Source: Tubiluchus corallicola (taxonomy: Eukaryota > Animalia > Priapulida). Taken from it: 64,000 nt of DNA. The stretch's first letter is position 1, and each line of letters begins with the position of its first letter. The notes below the pieces were generated by a model. The model saw only the letters and a list, made by a program, of their open reading frames with translations, did not search any database and had not been told where the DNA came from. Position numbers and translations under genes: made by a program. Shown in pieces: positions 32,350-45,408 of this stretch. The stretch spans positions 62,001 through 126,000 of the forward strand of contig JAQGDQ010000372.1 in NCBI GenBank assembly GCA_030141605.1, read 5' to 3'.

Positions 32350-32529
32350 AAATATGATGTAAATATTTTTAAGAAGTATCTAGTAACAGGGTTGTAATTG
32401 CTCATGGAAATAAGCGGCTACTTAAGCCAAACTAATTGGCAGTTTACTTTTGCTGATGTTGCTAACATGACCTCAATCCTGGCACGTATGAATTGCAAGC
32501 AAGATTTTAATTTCTTTTAAATACCAAAG

Positions 32530-35213
32530 TAGATGTAGATGCTGAAGAAAGGTAGATGGTAATGCATGTAGATGCTGAAGAAAGGTAGATGATAATACAT
32601 GCAGATGCTGAAGAAAGGTAGATGATAATGCATGTAGATGCTGAAGAAAGGTAGATGATAATACATGTAGATGCTGAAGAAAGGTAGATGATAATGCATG
32701 TAGATGCTGAAGAAAGGTAGATGATAATGCATGCAGATGCTGAAGAAAAGTAGATGATAATGCATGCAGATGCTGAAGAAAGGTAGATGATAATACATGT
32801 ATGCTGAAGAAAGGTAGATGATAATACATGTAGATGCTGAAGAAAGGTAGATGATAATACATGTATATGCTGAAGAAAGGTAGATGATAATACATGTAGA
32901 TGCTGAAGAAAGGTAGATGATAATACATGCAGATGCTGAAGAAAGGTAGATGATAATACATGCAGATGCTGAAGAAAGGTAGATGATAATACATGCAGAT
33001 GCTGAAGAAAGGTAGATGATAATACATGCAGATGCTGAAGAAAGGTAGATGATAATACATGCAGATCCTGAAGAAAGGTAGATGATAATACATGTAGATG
33101 CTGAAGAAAGGTAGATGATAATACATGCAGATGCTGAAGAAAGGTAGATGATAATGCATGTAGATGCTGAAGAAAGGTAGATGATAATACATGTAGATGC
33201 TGAAGAAAGGTAGATGATAATACATGCAGATGCTGAAGAAAAGTAGATGATAATATATGCAGATGCTGAAGAAAGGTAGATGATAATACATGTAGATGCT
33301 GAAGAAAGGTAGATGATAATACATGCAGATGCTGAAGAAAGGTAGATGATAATGCATGCAGATGCTGAAGAAAGTAGATGTAGTACATGTAGATGCTGAA
33401 GAAAGGTAGATGATAATACATGTAGATGCTGAAGAAAGGTAGATGATAATGCATGCAGATGCTGAAGAAAAGTAGATGATAATGCATGCAGATGCTGAAG
33501 AAAAGTAGATGATAATACATGCAGATGCTGAAGAAAGGTAGATGATAATGCATGCAGATGCTGAAGAAAAGTAGATGATAATGCATGCAGATGCTGAAGA
33601 AAGGTAGATGATAATACATGCAGATGCTGAAGAAAGGTAGATGATAATGCATGCAGATGCTGAAGAAAGGTAGATGATAATGCATGCAGATGCTGAAGAA
33701 AAGTAGATGATAATGCATGCAGATGCTGAAGAAAGGTAGATGATAATACATGTATATGCTGAAGAAAGGTAGATGATAATACATGTAGATGCTGAAGAAA
33801 GGTAGATGATAATACATGTAGATGCTGAAGAAAGGTAGATGATAATACATGCAGATGCTGAAGAAAGGTAGATGATAATACATGCAGATGCTGAAGAAAG
33901 GTAGATGATAATACATGCAGATGCTGAAGAAAGGTAGATGATAATACATGCAGATGCTGAAGAAAGGTAGATGATAATACATGCAGATCCTGAAGAAAGG
34001 TAGATGATAATACATGTAGATGCTGAAGAAAGGTAGATGATAATACATGCAGATGCTGAAGAAAGGTAGATGATAATGCATGTAGATGCTGAAGAAAGGT
34101 AGATGATAATACATGTAGATGCTGAAGAAAGGTAGATGATAATACATGCAGATGCTGAAGAAAAGTAGATGATAATATATGCAGATGCTGAAGAAAGGTA
34201 GATGATAATACATGTAGATGCTGAAGAAAGGTAGATGATAATGCATGCAGATGCTGAAGAAAGGTAGATGATAATGCATGCAGATGCTGAAGAAAAGTAG
34301 ATGTAGTACATGTAGATGCTGAAGAAAGGTAGATAATAATACATGCAGATGCTGAAGAAAGGTAGATGATAATGCATGCAGATGCTGAAGAAAGGTAGAT
34401 GATAATACATGCAGATGCTGAAGAAAGGTAGATGATAATGCATGTAGATGCTGAAGAAAGGTAGATGATAATACATGTAGATGCTGAAGAAAGGTAGATG
34501 ATAATACATGCAGATGCTGAAGAAAAGTAGATGATAATACATGCAGATGCTGAAGAAAGGTAGATGATAATGCATGTAGATGCTGAAGAAAGGTAGATGA
34601 TAATACATGTAGATGCTGAAGAAAGGTAGATGATAATACATGTAGATGCTGAAGAAAGGTAGATGATAATACATGTAGATGCTGAAGAAAGGTAGATGAT
34701 AATGCATGCAGATGCTGAAGAAAAGTAGATGATAATGCATGCAGATGCTGAAGAAAAGTAGATGATAATGCATGCAGATGCTGAAGAAAGGTAGATGATA
34801 ATACATGTAGATGCTGAAGAAAGGTAGATGATAATACATGCAGATGCTGAAGAAAAGTAGATGATAATACATGCAGATGCTGAAGAAAGGTAGATGATAA
34901 TACATGTAGATGCTGAAGAAAGGTAGATGATAATACGTGCAGATGCTGAAGAAAGGTACATGATAATACATGCAGATGCTGAAGAAAGGTAGATGATAAT
35001 ACATGCAGATGCTGAAGAAAGGTAGATGATAATACATGCAGATGCTGAAGAAAGGTAGATGACAATACATGCAGATGCTGAAGAAAGGTAGATGATAATA
35101 CATGCAGATGCTGAAGAAAAGTAGATGATAATACATGCAGATGCTGAAGAAAGGTAGATGATAATACATGTATATGCTGAAGAAAGGTAGATGATAATAC
35201 ATGTAGATGCTGC
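32530..35213. repeat. 33-bp minisatellite, ~81 units
   Basis: Unit gatgctgaagaaaggtagatgataat(a/g)catg(c/t)a. Confidence 0.97.
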
Positions 35214-36232
35214 AGTTTTTAGTAGATATAAGTTAAAGGTAGATGAGGAAAAAGCAGGTCTTCCAAGCTTTGAACAGTCACGAACACCTTGACTTGTTCT
35301 TACTGGCACAGGAGTGCTGGAATGTTCCAGTTCACTAATCAGAATAAGTTATTAACATGTAATTACATTGATGTAATGAATACTTATCCCTGCACTGTGC
35401 GTTAAGCATAAGCAGTTAAAGAAACTTGGATATTAAAATACGTTCACATTCTAACGGGTTCTTAAAACTTTTGCAAACTTGTTTTTGACTAAAAATAATT
35501 TGCAATGTTGAACTAGCTGTCTGCTTCGAGTACGTTCACTTCCTTACCATTTATTACTGTACTGTGTATTGTTATTATGTATGTTTATGTGTTGTATGAT
35601 TTTGATTTGCATGTAAATGGTAATGATGATATTCTTGGATTTTTATAATTACAATATTAGCTTAACTTTATTGCATTTATACTTTGTTACGATTTTGCAC
35701 GAATTTTTGTTTTACGTACTTTCAATACGTTCATAAAATGCATGTTTACTTGTTTTTGAGTATACCAAGTTTTTACTGAAATTTCTAAAATTCGAGTTAC
35801 ATGCAAATTATGCTATATTTGCATGCTAGTACAATTCATTTCTTTATTATTTCTTTTTTTGCTCGTATAGAATGTGAAATTTTCGTTTTGGCGTTTTTCT
35901 TTCATGTTATATAGATGTAAACAAGTGCATAATTCAATATTTCATTATTTTTGATTAGCTATCGTCTGCACTGCATGCGAAATACTTATAAACAGAACAG
36001 AGTTGGGGTGGCTGATACGATAACGCATGTTCTTCGCCACCCCCTCCCATTTGATTGGCTATTATAATTATGCTACTAAGCTTTAATCGATGTTGTATGT
36101 GAGAAAAACAATAAATGATTTGATTGTTTCTTATTTATATCACTGTTGTACATTTTCTTGCTTGTTCTTATTTTAGAAAAAATACGGACTCATAATGATT
36201 TATTCTTAACAATCTTTTCATTTTTCTTTCAG

Positions 36233-36245
36233 ATATTTAAAATGA
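36233..36245 (+). CDS. MAK: Alternative terminal coding exon of the MAK/ICK kinase (…KYLK*)
   Basis: Strong acceptor (cttttcatttttctttcag) followed by a|tat tta aaa tga, in phase with the phase-2 donor at 31760. Confidence 0.6.
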
Positions 36246-38456
36246 TGCTACTAGAGTAGTGAATATTATGTGGTACAGATAGTTCCTGTATTCCAGCGCA
36301 TTGTATCAATGGCTGTGTACATCGATACGTCAGTTCCTTGCTTGTGCAATTATGAAATTCTAAGCGGCAACGAGCAAACGACTAATCTGTCCTGTTGATA
36401 TTATATTAGCTTTTTTCTAAGTGACGAGTTGGAAAATATTATTTTTTTGCTTTCCACCGTAATTGTGGTGCTGTACACCCTATTTTGGGCAAACACGGTG
36501 AAAATGGATTATGAATGTGTACGTGCATGCGTTTGCTTCAGTTTAACTGATTTTATATGCAGTGTTTTCGTACGAAGCTAAGCAGAAAGTAACAAGGGCT
36601 TTCAGCTGGTAGGTTTACTAGGTTTATTAGTGATTTAGTGTGTGAGATAAGTGGTTATTGTGCACACGCACTCTTACAGTTTACCCATGTGAGACAAAGC
36701 GATTAATTCATCTATAGTTGTTGCCAGCTATGAACTTGCAATCTGGCAAACACTTAAAGAAAGAAGCAGAGTACAGCAACCAAAGCGCTGGAACGCGCTT
36801 GTCAGTTCTTGTACAAGTAAAACATTAATACTCTGAATGGGTAATAGGACTGGAATAACGTCTAGACCATGTTGACCAGACTTTGGCAAGACCAAGACGG
36901 AGTTCACCTCTCCACATTTTGTCCACTTGTTTTATTCAAACAAGCGAATGATGAATGCGCTGCTTTCTAATCAAAACTACAACCAGAGCCAGAAAGACTC
37001 AGCATGAAGACACTGGAAGTTAGACAGTGGCTGCAGTAACATACTTTAAAGCAATTTATATTCTAGTCACAATCGCATAAAAAGTTGATGAACAGTAATA
37101 AGTGTAAAGTAGAAAATTGTGAGTTTGTAGGTCGAGTACTGTCTAGCAATCACCATAGTAATTATTTATGGTTGTAATTTGCATGGAATATTTGTTTTAT
37201 TATGTTTATCCTATTTATTGTTGAGTTTGTTGATCTGTCTGAGAACCTTTAGCATTTATATTGTTTAGTCGCTACTATACTTTTTTTAGTTGAGTTAATG
37301 TTTAGAACAGGGGTCCCTAAACATTTTAGATTGTTGACCCCTTTACAGAATCCTTGATTTCTCATTGACCCCTGAGCATACTTGTACGAAAAATATTAAT
37401 AATAATAAAGCAGATGTGCAGTTTCTACTTAAGTACGGTACACAGAAACTAAAACTTCATAGATCTCTACACTATATGACTGTGCTACATTTGTATTACT
37501 TCTAGTTTTGATACCAAACCTAATATCAGTAGTAATAGAACCTTTGAATAGCATATTTCTTGTCCCCGGAGTAATTTGAGAAAAGTGTTGCAAACTCCTA
37601 TACAGTGTGTGCATAAACTTAAATGAGGTTTTAAACTGCTGTGCTTGTACTGACTGGTGAAGAAGAAATTCAGACAATCAGAAGAAATAATATTCAGTAT
37701 TAAGAATTAGTTATGATTAAAATAGCAACATTGTATTGGTGCCCCTGGTAACATTGTATTGGTTCCTCTTGGTTCACATGACAGAGGGCTTATACAAGCC
37801 TTTGCTTCTCTAGCCCACTGCAGTACAATTATTCTTTTATGATAACGATAGTGTATGAAACATAACAATTTAATACAGTATGACGTAATAATTTTGATGT
37901 CACTGTGTGCTGAATGTTATTATAAAAGAGAATCTCCATTTGGATTTCTCTGAGCAGCAAAACAGACAGTGATTTTGATTCATTCCGTATGCACACAAGA
38001 GGTTGTTGCATTAATGTAATGGTTATTCAAGTGCTTTAGCATTCCACGTGGCGGCTACCTACTCGTGTATAATGCAAGAAATGTAAAAGCATTTGTTTTC
38101 ATTTATTTGTAAAGGGTTTTATATAGGTGATGCCGTCATTTTTGTTTATTTGTAAAGTATTTTGTATAGCTGATGCCGTCATTTTGCAGTTCGTAGATGT
38201 ATATAAGTAATATAACTGATGACTGGTCGATGCTTATTGACATTTAAGCGTGTTGTTGTGAATTGGGGATTTTTATCCAATTGTGTGTCTTTATAATGCT
38301 TTTCAGAATAATACTGACGTAGCAATGAACACTCTATTTAGCAGAGAAGATATATGGAAAATAGTTACATAGTAGAGTTACCCGAGTTTTGTCACTGAAA
38401 ATGTTCGTCTAGCCTTTTGACCGCTAGAAAATCTCTAGTAATTCATATTTCCTTTT

Positions 38457-38620
38457 ACTACTGCTATTACTATTACTACTGCCGCTCCTACTATTACTAC
38501 TACTACTATTACTACTACCGCTGCCACTACTACTACTACTATTACTGCTACTACTACTGCTGCTGCCACTACTACTACTCTCGCTTCTCCTACTGCTACA
38601 TACAACAACTACTACTACTG
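38457..38620. repeat. (TAC/TGC)n microsatellite
   Basis: Directly visible. Confidence 0.9.
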
Positions 38621-39153
38621 ATAATGTTAATAATAATAGCCGTTTGCTACTGTCTCTATTTAAACAGATGTCCTTACTGTACTCCTAGAATTGTATCTTA
38701 TGCCTTTTCTACAAGTCGAGGCGAAACATGCGAATCGCAAACTGCTAAATTTTAATTTTGTGGTTTGCCCTTTTTTGTTTGTCAAATATGCATATGTACA
38801 GATTTTGCCCACTAATTGTTGACTAGTCACTTGCTGTTGGCAGAGACTTGATGAATTTTAATAAATCATTCAAGAAATTTGAAGCTTGAATCAAACTTTT
38901 TTGCAGTGTTTTTAATCATTTTTAGCGTGAATCAGAAGTAATGAATGCATTTGTCATTTGCATTTGACCTTTATTAGGTCATTTTATAAGATCATCAAAA
39001 AGCATATACATTTCTACGTAAGTACATTATTTTTGTTTGTCTTTTACCATATGGTGATGAATTTCCTATAATGCAGCATTGAAATATATGCACTGGGCAC
39101 GCTTGTATAAGTAAAACTAATTAAAACAAGATTTTCTCATTTCATTTTCTAAC

Positions 39154-39159
39154 TTTATT
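39154..39159 (-). terminator. Candidate polyadenylation signal AATAAA for COX5B
   Basis: tttatt on the plus strand, about 315 nt beyond the COX5B stop. Confidence 0.45.
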
Positions 39160-39473
39160 TACATCCAATATTGCAAAATGGCCAAATCACGGTGTTTACA
39201 ACACGCCAACTAAAAAGTGATAATTTTGAACAACTCGGTAATAAGTGCAGGTGCAACCATTTTACATTAGTTGCTAATTTCAAATTCTTTGAATTGGGTT
39301 TTCGCATAACCACGTAAGACGCATTATGCAGAGTGACAATCGCTTAAATACGATTAGCTAAACATTCATTATAATTTTTATTCTTGTGCGACATTTGTGA
39401 TTATCACTCGTCAACTAGACATGCTTAGGAATAAATGTATCACTGCTTTTAGAATGCTAGTTGTAGGTTAGCA

Positions 39474-42400
39474 TTACAGAGGCTTTGCGTCAATTAGCTT
39501 AAACCAGTGACCGCAGTCACACCGCGTCGGCTCGCCTTTATATAGCCACATCCAATTAATCGCAACAGAATCTTCCTCACCTAAGAATATAAAAAACAGT
39601 CATTGTAAAACAACTACAGAAATCGAACGACTATAACCAATGACAAGTTTACTAACACGAAGCGCAGTGAATAAAACTTCATTTATACACAGTAATGTTT
39701 ATAAAAGGCAGTCAGAAAACTGAATTGATAAAACCACAATATCTATCGGATGCTGTAGTCTCTGTTAAAAAAATGTTGAGCAGAACTTTAAGCTGTAACT
39801 GAAAGTTCATGAAATGTAGGACTGAAAGATTCGGAAAATCATTTGTGTCCTTTTTGGATGGACTGCTCCCATACTACACTTGAACTTGAAATATATCATT
39901 TTATGTACATTGTATTCCCTGTCACAGTGTATGATACGCTGTTGTGTATTTGGTATTTTTAAATTGAGGCCGAAAAATAAAAGCACTTGTCAGTCCTAAT
40001 GTAAAAAAAGCAAACAAGCCAGTTCAGCAACAAACCCGGGGCAGCATAATGATACACACAGTCATACTTACACACACATCCAATGATGCACACAGTCATA
40101 CTTACACACACATCCAATGAAGCACACAGTCATACTTACACACACATCCAATGAAGCACACAGTCATACTTACACACACATCCAATGAAGCACACAGTCA
40201 TACTTACACACACATCCAATGAAGCACACAGTCATACTTACACACACATCCAATGAAGCACACAGTCATACTTACACACACATCCAATGAAGCACACAGT
40301 CATACTTACACACACATCCAATGAAGCACACAGTCATACTTACACACGCATCCAATGATGCACACAGTCATACTTACACACGCATCCAATGATGCACACA
40401 GTCATACTTACACACACATCCAATGATGCACACAGTCATACTTACACACGCATCCAATGATGCACACAGTCATACTTACACACGCATCCAATGATGCACA
40501 CAGTCATACTTACACACGCATCCAATGATGCACACAGTCATACTTACACACGCATCCAATGATGCACACAGTCATACTTACACACGCATCCAATGATGCA
40601 CACAGTCATACTTACACACGCATCCAATGATGCACACAGTCATACTTACGCACACATCCAATGATGTACGCAGTCATACTTACACACACATCCAATGATG
40701 CACACAGTCATACTTACACACACATCCAATGATGCACACAGTCATACTTACACACGCATCCAATGATGCACACAGTCATACTTACACACACATCCAATGA
40801 TGTACGCAGTCATACTTACACACGCATCCAATAATGCACGCAGTCATACTTACACACGCATCCAATGATGCACGCAGTCATACTTACACACGCATCCAAT
40901 GATGCACACAGTCATACTTACACACACATCCAATGATGCACACAGTCATACTTACACACACATCCAATGATGTACGCAGTCATACTTACACACACATCCA
41001 ATGATGCGCTTGTCGAAATTTGATGGTATCAAATTAGGCTGATCCTTTGTTCCCGCTCCTCTTTTGACAACTCTCATGTCGAATGGGTTCTGCAAGAAAA
41101 ATAAAAATCTTAATTCTAAAAGAACAAGTAATGAAATTCTGCTGATTGAACTGGCGAGTATCTTTATTATCTTTAATCTGATTTTAGAGCATGCATTAAA
41201 ACGAAGATTGGTTTTTAGTACTGTTCATCCCTGTCAGATGGAGACATCAAAATGACAGCCCACAGCATTGTCAAGAGTAAAAAACATGGTTTTTGCAAAT
41301 ACAAAAATTACACTTACAACAACACCAAATTAGACCTTCTGCTATGGCGGCATACTACAATGTGCAAGAACTAAACTACGAGACTAAACTACGCGTGTTC
41401 AAAGCCAGCATTCTGTCCACGCTGATGTATGGCAGCAAAACGTGGACTATCTTAGCGGAGGACGAAAGACGTCTTAACACGTTCAAAACTAAATTGCTAA
41501 AGCGAATTCTCGGCATTAGCTTTTGGGATCACATCATGAACGCCGAGGTCTACAGATGTGCGGGTCTCGCCGGCACATTGGCAGACCACAACAAACGTCG
41601 CCGTCTGGAATATCTGGGGCACGTCACTCGAATGGCCCGCTCCCGCCTACCATTCATCTCTATGTTCGAGCCGGCGTCAGTGGCAGCAGCACGCCTCAGC
41701 ACGTGGAAGCGCAGCAGAGGAGGTCAACAGAAACATTTCTGCCATCAAATCAAGCGAGATATTGTGTCTCCTCTTGGGCTTGACCGCTACAACCAAGTTT
41801 CCGATGATCTCACAGAGTTGTCGTCATACTGCGAGGACCGGAAGCAGTGGCGTGCGATGGTTTGGTTCGGGATGCTACCTATGCTAGCCTGCCTCCACCT
41901 GGTGGAGGCAGCAAGTAAGCAACGTTCATGGCAACTGTGAAAAATGGTACCGTACATATTACACAAGACTAGAGTAACAACATAAGAGAAATTTTAAACT
42001 CTTCGTAATCCAGAAAGTACCTACATATATGAAAAAATATTTGCTAGAAACCTGTTGCCATCACTACATGCAGAAAAAGTGAAAAGCCAACTTACGTCAT
42101 TTCCAGCTGCTTTTGCTAGTAACTCTTTTCTTTCCAGACCAGTGGCATGTTCAATTGAATCAGGCATTGCTAAACAAACAGAGACGTGTCAAAACACGAA
42201 CGAAATGATTTAAGACAATAATATCCTGGCCCAGAATTATATGCAAGAAAACTTGAAACCTAAAAAAATACTGACAAGGCATCTTAGAAAAGCAGAGTTG
42301 CCAGAAAAATTTTACATCTGTTGCAGGGATTTTGCACAATTTAGGAATACTCTGTTCGCATTATGTCTGTTTAGGAATGTCAGTAACGGTTAAATAGTAT

Positions 42401-43257
42401 CACTTTGTTAGGCTTGAGAATTTGTCCTATTTTTTTTACAAATATTAGATTAAAGTAGAATAGGCTCATAGGTTAGGTTGGGTTGAAATATTTTGGTTCA
42501 GAAGTCACCAAGTTTACAAATATTTGGCTTCGTAAAAAACTAATTGTTAGTTGTTAATTAGTTTTACACGCATTGCAATTCGCTTGTTGTTAGGCTGCCA
42601 AAGTAAAGGCACCATCTTTGGCTGCCAACTTCCTTTGGTGTAAATCGATTGACTGTGGATGGCATGGCATATTTCATGTTGAGGTTAGAACTTTTTTGGA
42701 CTTCTTTATGTTTTTAGGTCATAGCATGTCCTAAGCATAGCAGCTCTAAAGCAGACATCAAACAGGACAAAAAAGAACTAGGCTAGAAACTTGTGAGCCC
42801 GTCACTACAATTTGGCAATTTTGTAAAATTAAATTAAAGCCAATTTTTAGGGTTGTACCGAAGGCATGTTTTCATCAACCGCATGAAGTCGAATTTTATG
42901 CTTGGACGTCACCAAAACTGCATCAGATTCTTCGAGTAAAGTGCAATTAACGAGGACCGCCCAGAAAGCAAGCAAGGTTCTGCAAATCAAGTGCCAGGAA
43001 TTTCGTACATCACTAATGCACAGCAAAAATTAGAAGACGCACGAGTAGATATTTCACAAAAACCGGATATAGCAATTTTATTTGTTACTGAAACTTTTGT
43101 CTAAAGTTTAAATTCGCACATAGTAATATATCATTTTCAACTTATGTTATGTAAGGATTTGTATTTACATACTTCCTTTATCACGCACACACGCAACAAC
43201 GATTGAACGCCGAACTAATCTCGGAGCATTTCTTAAACCTTGTACGAGAGCCGCCAT
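39474..43257 (-). CDS. COX5B: Cytochrome c oxidase subunit 5B, 121 aa, complete
   Basis: Exons 43257-43173 (Arg-rich mitochondrial presequence MAALVQGLRNAPRLVRRSIVVACVRDKG), 42169-42096 (MPDSIEHATGLERKELLAKAAGND), 41089-40990 (NPFDMRVVKRGAGTKDQPNLIPSNFDKRIIGCV) and 39580-39474 (CEEDSVAINWMWLYKGEPTRCDCGHWFKLIDAKPL*). The Zn-binding CxC...CxC is intact and all phases are consistent. Confidence 0.96.
40048..41007. repeat. 34-bp minisatellite, 28 units, built from the COX5B exon 3 / intron 3 junction
   Basis: Minus-strand unit catcattggatgtgtgt|GTAAGTatgactgtgtg. The gtcatac anchor recurs from 40061 to 40979, which is 27 x 34. Confidence 0.95.
41340..41940 (+). mobile_element. RTE-clade LINE 3' fragment in COX5B intron 2
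   Basis: TKLRVFKASILSTLMYGSKTWT...LKRILGISFWDHIMNAEV...RRRLEYLGHVTRM...KRSRGGQQK is the characteristic RTE ORF C-terminus. Confidence 0.85.
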
Positions 43258-43307
43258 CTTGTCGTTGTCATTGGCATTTTTCACCAAGGGCGGCACTAGA
43301 TGGCGCC
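43250..43307. promoter_or_regulatory. YY1 motif over the COX5B start codon and an adjacent CTCF-like motif
   Basis: Minus-strand CAAGATGGCGGC (43261-43250) matches the YY1 consensus. gcactagatggcgcc (43293-43307) resembles the CTCF core. Motif matches only. Confidence 0.5.
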
Positions 43308-43892
43308 AGGAAATAAAAATTTCTTTGCGACTCCGACAAGCCTTTCTTTTTGTGACATCAAACACGGACGTGGACTGGTGGGCTTCAACTGTTTAGTTTC
43401 CCTGCCTAATAGTCCTCTTTCTTTAATGTTACTATGTGGCGACAGTAATGCACTTATTTACATAAAAAGTTAGTTTTTAGGTTTGTACCTTGAAAAATTA
43501 ATAAACAACAAGAACCATATTACACGCTTAGTCTTAGATTCTGCGTTGGATGTGTGTACTTGCTTGGGCTTGTGATGTCATTTGCTAGAACCTAGAGTAG
43601 AGTGGTGCCGCAACACACAATCCGAAAAGATGCTCATTATCTCATAGCCATATTTTATAGATGCACAGATCACACCTAGATCAATGTAGGGAACGAGAAG
43701 CATTATAAAATTTGTACATTCCGGTAATCATAATTATAGGCTATATACATTAGCAAGGACTACAGCTGAATAAAATTTAAGTGAGGAAGTGGGAGTGGAA
43801 AAGAAACAATGTGTTCGACAGAAAACAAAGCTAAAAAGACTGAGAGAGGAAACCCAAGAGAAAGAAAGGGATTGATGAAGAGAGAGAAAGAG

Positions 43893-43941
<49 letters not shown>

Positions 43942-44229
43942 AAGAGAGAGAGACAGAGATTGGAAGAGATGACTGCAGTTACAACTAATAAACACGACAA
44001 ATTTGAGATATATGGACGTAGTCATTTTCGTTTTATCAAGCGGATTGTCAGGTTTTGTAAACCAATTACTCACTATTCACCATTACAGAATATAATTATG
44101 TATGTATGTATCAGCCTGTTTCGTTTCATTATACCATCAATTTGGTCTCATTTTCTGTTTTTTTGCATAGTATTTAGTCGATTTGCAGCATTAAATTCAT
44201 AGCCATTAAGTTGACGCTAGCTTCCAGCA

Positions 44230-44500
44230 AAAAAACAACAAATCAGATGATTCGTATATCGATGAGCAATGTGACAACCATACTGTGTAAACCTGACTTA
44301 GATCAAGAAAATACATGTTAATTAACATAGGAGACATAATACCTCCCTGACGAACACTGTTACCAAAGTTAAATATACTAGATTGGTGCAACCCCCCCCC
44401 CCACCTAATTAACAGGCATTGTTTTGTGTTATAAAAAACTTGAAGATGAATAAAAACTTTGGGCACGCAATTTTGTTCAATGAATCTTAATAACTGTGAA
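44230..44500 (-). mobile_element. Decayed LINE reverse-transcriptase fragment
   Basis: FNFGNSVRQGGIMSPMLINMY resembles the RT GVRQGGxLSPxLFNxY motif. Confidence 0.6.
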
Positions 44501-45408
44501 CTTATTTCATTATTGGTCGATGACGTCACATGTCGAAAAGAGAATATCTCTTATTGAGGCAGTTTTCCTTTAAAAACGCACCACATATGCAATTCAAATT
44601 TTAATAATGGTTTATTAATTATAGTCATGGTGGCACTGATTCTCAAAAAAGTGTCAGTTAGCCTTTAAGATTATATATATAATTAACCAATTACCTTTCA
44701 ATTAGCACATTAACAATCAAAATTAACAACCGAAAGCTTTTCTATTGTATACAAAAACTAATGTGAAAAACCTTTCAAATTACAGCAATTTATCACAGCA
44801 AAAAGTAAAAACTGCGGTACAAAATTGATTGCAACGTATAAGATATGAGTAACACTTTTGTGCATGTATAGGCCTATACGTCTCAGCGTATCATAGGCCT
44901 ATATCAATAATCACACCGCTCATGGCGTTAAATGAAAGAAGCCAAGTAACCGTGCATTACAGCTGATATGTCTGCATGATGGCTACACGGAGTTTTGTCA
45001 AACATCACACGATTCTGTGTGGAGAAATTAATGTATTTTTACGCAGATCTAAAATTGAGCGTTATGAAAAATGCCATCGTCATCAACAGTAACCCACGTG
45101 GAACAAATCATAAGCAGCATCGGAAACTAAATAGCTAAAGCTAATAACCGAAGTTTAGAAAGTTGTGGTACATGAAGTGATTAACGAAGCGCAGTTAATA
45201 CGTGTAATGTGTTTGCTTGGTGATAAACTTCTAATTTATTTAGTTCTGTCTGCGTTCTAAGATTCAGCAAGCATGTGAAAGAAAATGGACGAAGTGAATC
45301 TTCGCAGAAAATGATGGAGACTATGTTATTTTATTAAGCAACTGTCAGCTTTCTCTAGAACAGAAAAGTAGGTTGTGATAGTTGCAAGTATGATTTTGCA
45401 ATACTAAG

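Noticed and set aside
32473-35309. Three overlapping 852-930 aa minus-strand ORFs
   Set aside because: They arise because the 33-bp unit is a multiple of 3 and stop-free on that strand. The frames swap at indels and there is no unique domain, so this is a satellite artefact.
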